From Moniliella sp. 'wahieum' (taxonomy: Eukaryota): DNA of 64,000 nt. Positions 62,533 through 64,000 of this stretch are shown here, in pieces (within the stretch, counting starts at the first letter, position 1; each line of letters begins with the position of its first letter). The stretch is from positions 186,001 through 250,000 of the forward strand of contig RSEE01000067.1 in NCBI GenBank assembly GCA_003971905.1. Direction: 5' to 3'. The translations under genes were made by a program, and so were the position numbers. A model generated the notes under the pieces. It searched no databases and was not told where the DNA came from. It saw only the letters and a program-made list of their open reading frames with translations.

Positions 62533-62633
62533 GCCATTACCATTGCCATTGCCATTGCCATTGCCATTGCCATTGCCATTGCCATTGCCATTGCCATTGC
62601 CATTGCCATTGCCATTGCCATTGCCATTGCCAT
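62533..62633. repeat. (GCCATT)n hexanucleotide microsatellite, about 17 units
   Basis: Nearly perfect array starting 4 nt after the GCN5 stop codon. Confidence 0.95.
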
Positions 62634-62637
62634 GGCG

Positions 62638-63988
62638 CTACTCACCCATCCCCGCCGCCTGCTTCCACGCGGGCAGGTTGTCGCGCAGAAACTTCTCCAG
62701 CTTGTCGCCGACTTGGCGTACGGCGACGCAGGCGGGTTGTAGAAGCGGCAGTTGTCAAAGATCAGCTGCGTGTCGGCAAGGAACTGATCCAGCGTGGCGT
62801 ACTTGTTGTTCTCCAGGTTGGTCTCCAGCGTGGCCAGATCCATCGGGTTCTTGATCACCTGGTAGTAGTCCGGCACATCTTCCGCCGACACTGGGTTCTG
62901 GAACGGCCATGCCGACGCATGGTTGCCCAGCTCGGACAGCAGTTGCCGCATGACGCTATGGTGCGGTCCGCGTTTGGGCCGCCGCGCCAGCTCGTCCATC
63001 GCAGGCGTCCACCCTGCCTCTCTTAGCCCAGGCACATCTTCAGGTCGCACCCGCATCCCGCCTCTAGCCGCTCGCCATTGTCAGGGTGGCGGAACACGTC
63101 GAGGCCCGGATGCACAATGTGCGAGCGCGAAAATTGGGTCATCTTGTACCGCACCAACGCTTCCTGCCGCTGCAGCAGCTTGCGCACCTCCAAATACTCC
63201 ACCCGCGGGACCATTGTGCATTGCATCAACGTGCCCCCCTCGTAATCTTTGATGTACCCTGTCCAAACGGAGCGGGGGAGGGAGATGTCTTTGGTGAAGC
63301 CTTGCTTTTTAAAGTAACCAATCGCATAGTTGTCCGCATACGTCAGGAAATGGTCCACAGGACTCGTCTTGCGCACATAGGACTTGAGATGGTTCATTAG
63401 ATGCGACCCATATCCCTTCACTTGCTCCGTCCCTGTGATTGCACAAAACACAATCTCGGCAAACCGGCGCTGGGGGAACGGCTTGTAGGTAATGCCCCCC
63501 ACCACTTGTAGACCACGCTTGACAATCGCCAAACCCACATGCGTGCGGTCAAAGACGAGACGAGTAATGTACTCTCTCGGCATCTTGGGCAGCTGCCGCT
63601 GGAAAATATTTTTGAGCCCGGTGAGCAGGATGCCCGACTCGGGCGTCCCGTCGTTCCGCACGATCCGGAACTGAATCAACCCGGCACGCTCCTCGGTCTC
63701 CGCTGGCTTCTCTTGAATTGGAGGCAGCCTTTCCAGCATTGTCTCCCAGTCGGAATCGCCGCTTGAGGCGGTTGTGTCGGCGCCCTCGGATGCGGCGCGC
63801 GGTGGCGGCGGGGGCATGAGCTGTTGCTCCCGATTGGTCTCGCTGGGAACCGGGTCGACTGAGGCCCCCTGCGCCATTTGTTCGGCCTTGTATGTGTCCA
63901 GGGGCGGAGGAGGTGGATCCTCCTGCTTTGGCAGCGGGGGTGACGCAGAGTCACTAGAACCCGGGGTGGGAAGGGCGTGTGCGCCCAT
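62638..63988 (-). CDS. GCN5: Histone acetyltransferase GCN5 (GNAT domain plus bromodomain)
   Basis: [74 protein letters not shown]; bromodomain [27 protein letters not shown]. Confidence 0.97.
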
Positions 63989-64000
63989 GGAATGATGTTT

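Noticed and set aside
62436..63056. Poly-(MA), poly-(CH) and poly-(LP) proteins in the ORF track
   Set aside because: These are translations of the GCCATT microsatellite. GCN5 ends at the TAG at 62638 once one indel is corrected.
1..64000. Frameshifts in most genes, read as mass pseudogenisation or programmed frameshifting
   Set aside because: They hit essential genes (TBP, GCN5, PKA, TSC10), are mostly single-base losses often in homopolymer runs, and flanking protein sequence is well conserved. This is typical of unpolished long-read consensus.

Overview
Fungal (basidiomycete-like, GC-rich, intron-poor) chromosomal window. It holds about 19 protein genes: malic enzyme, PDH protein X, a catalytically degenerate MSS116-like DEAD-box protein, SIP5, a Pcl/Pho80-family cyclin, PKA catalytic subunit, OST4, a SABATH-like methyltransferase, RPC11, an OHCU-decarboxylase-like protein, TBP, ATP14, an S53 sedolisin, an RlpA/expansin-like secreted protein, verprolin, TSC10, GCN5 and a few hypotheticals. 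Most genes carry 1-nt indels, most likely errors of an unpolished long-read assembly. A full-length young Ty1/copia element (3937-9810; identical 216-bp LTRs, CCAAG TSD) has gag and pol in the same frame, separated by one UAG followed by a strong stem-loop, and has a non-canonical PBS resembling the complement of a tRNA-Tyr 5' half. Intergenic DNA contains decayed RLE-type (CRE-like) non-LTR retrotransposon fragments. The most striking signal is dozens of 7-nt-period arrays of the form TNA-[4-bp palindrome]-TNA. In most cases the palindrome is predictable from the 2 nt flanking the TNA. This is what hairpin-opening (P-nucleotide) repair at a regenerated target would leave, suggesting a recurrent, possibly undescribed nuclease/transposase footprinting process that builds non-coding DNA. 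All calls come from reading the sequence; no searches were run.
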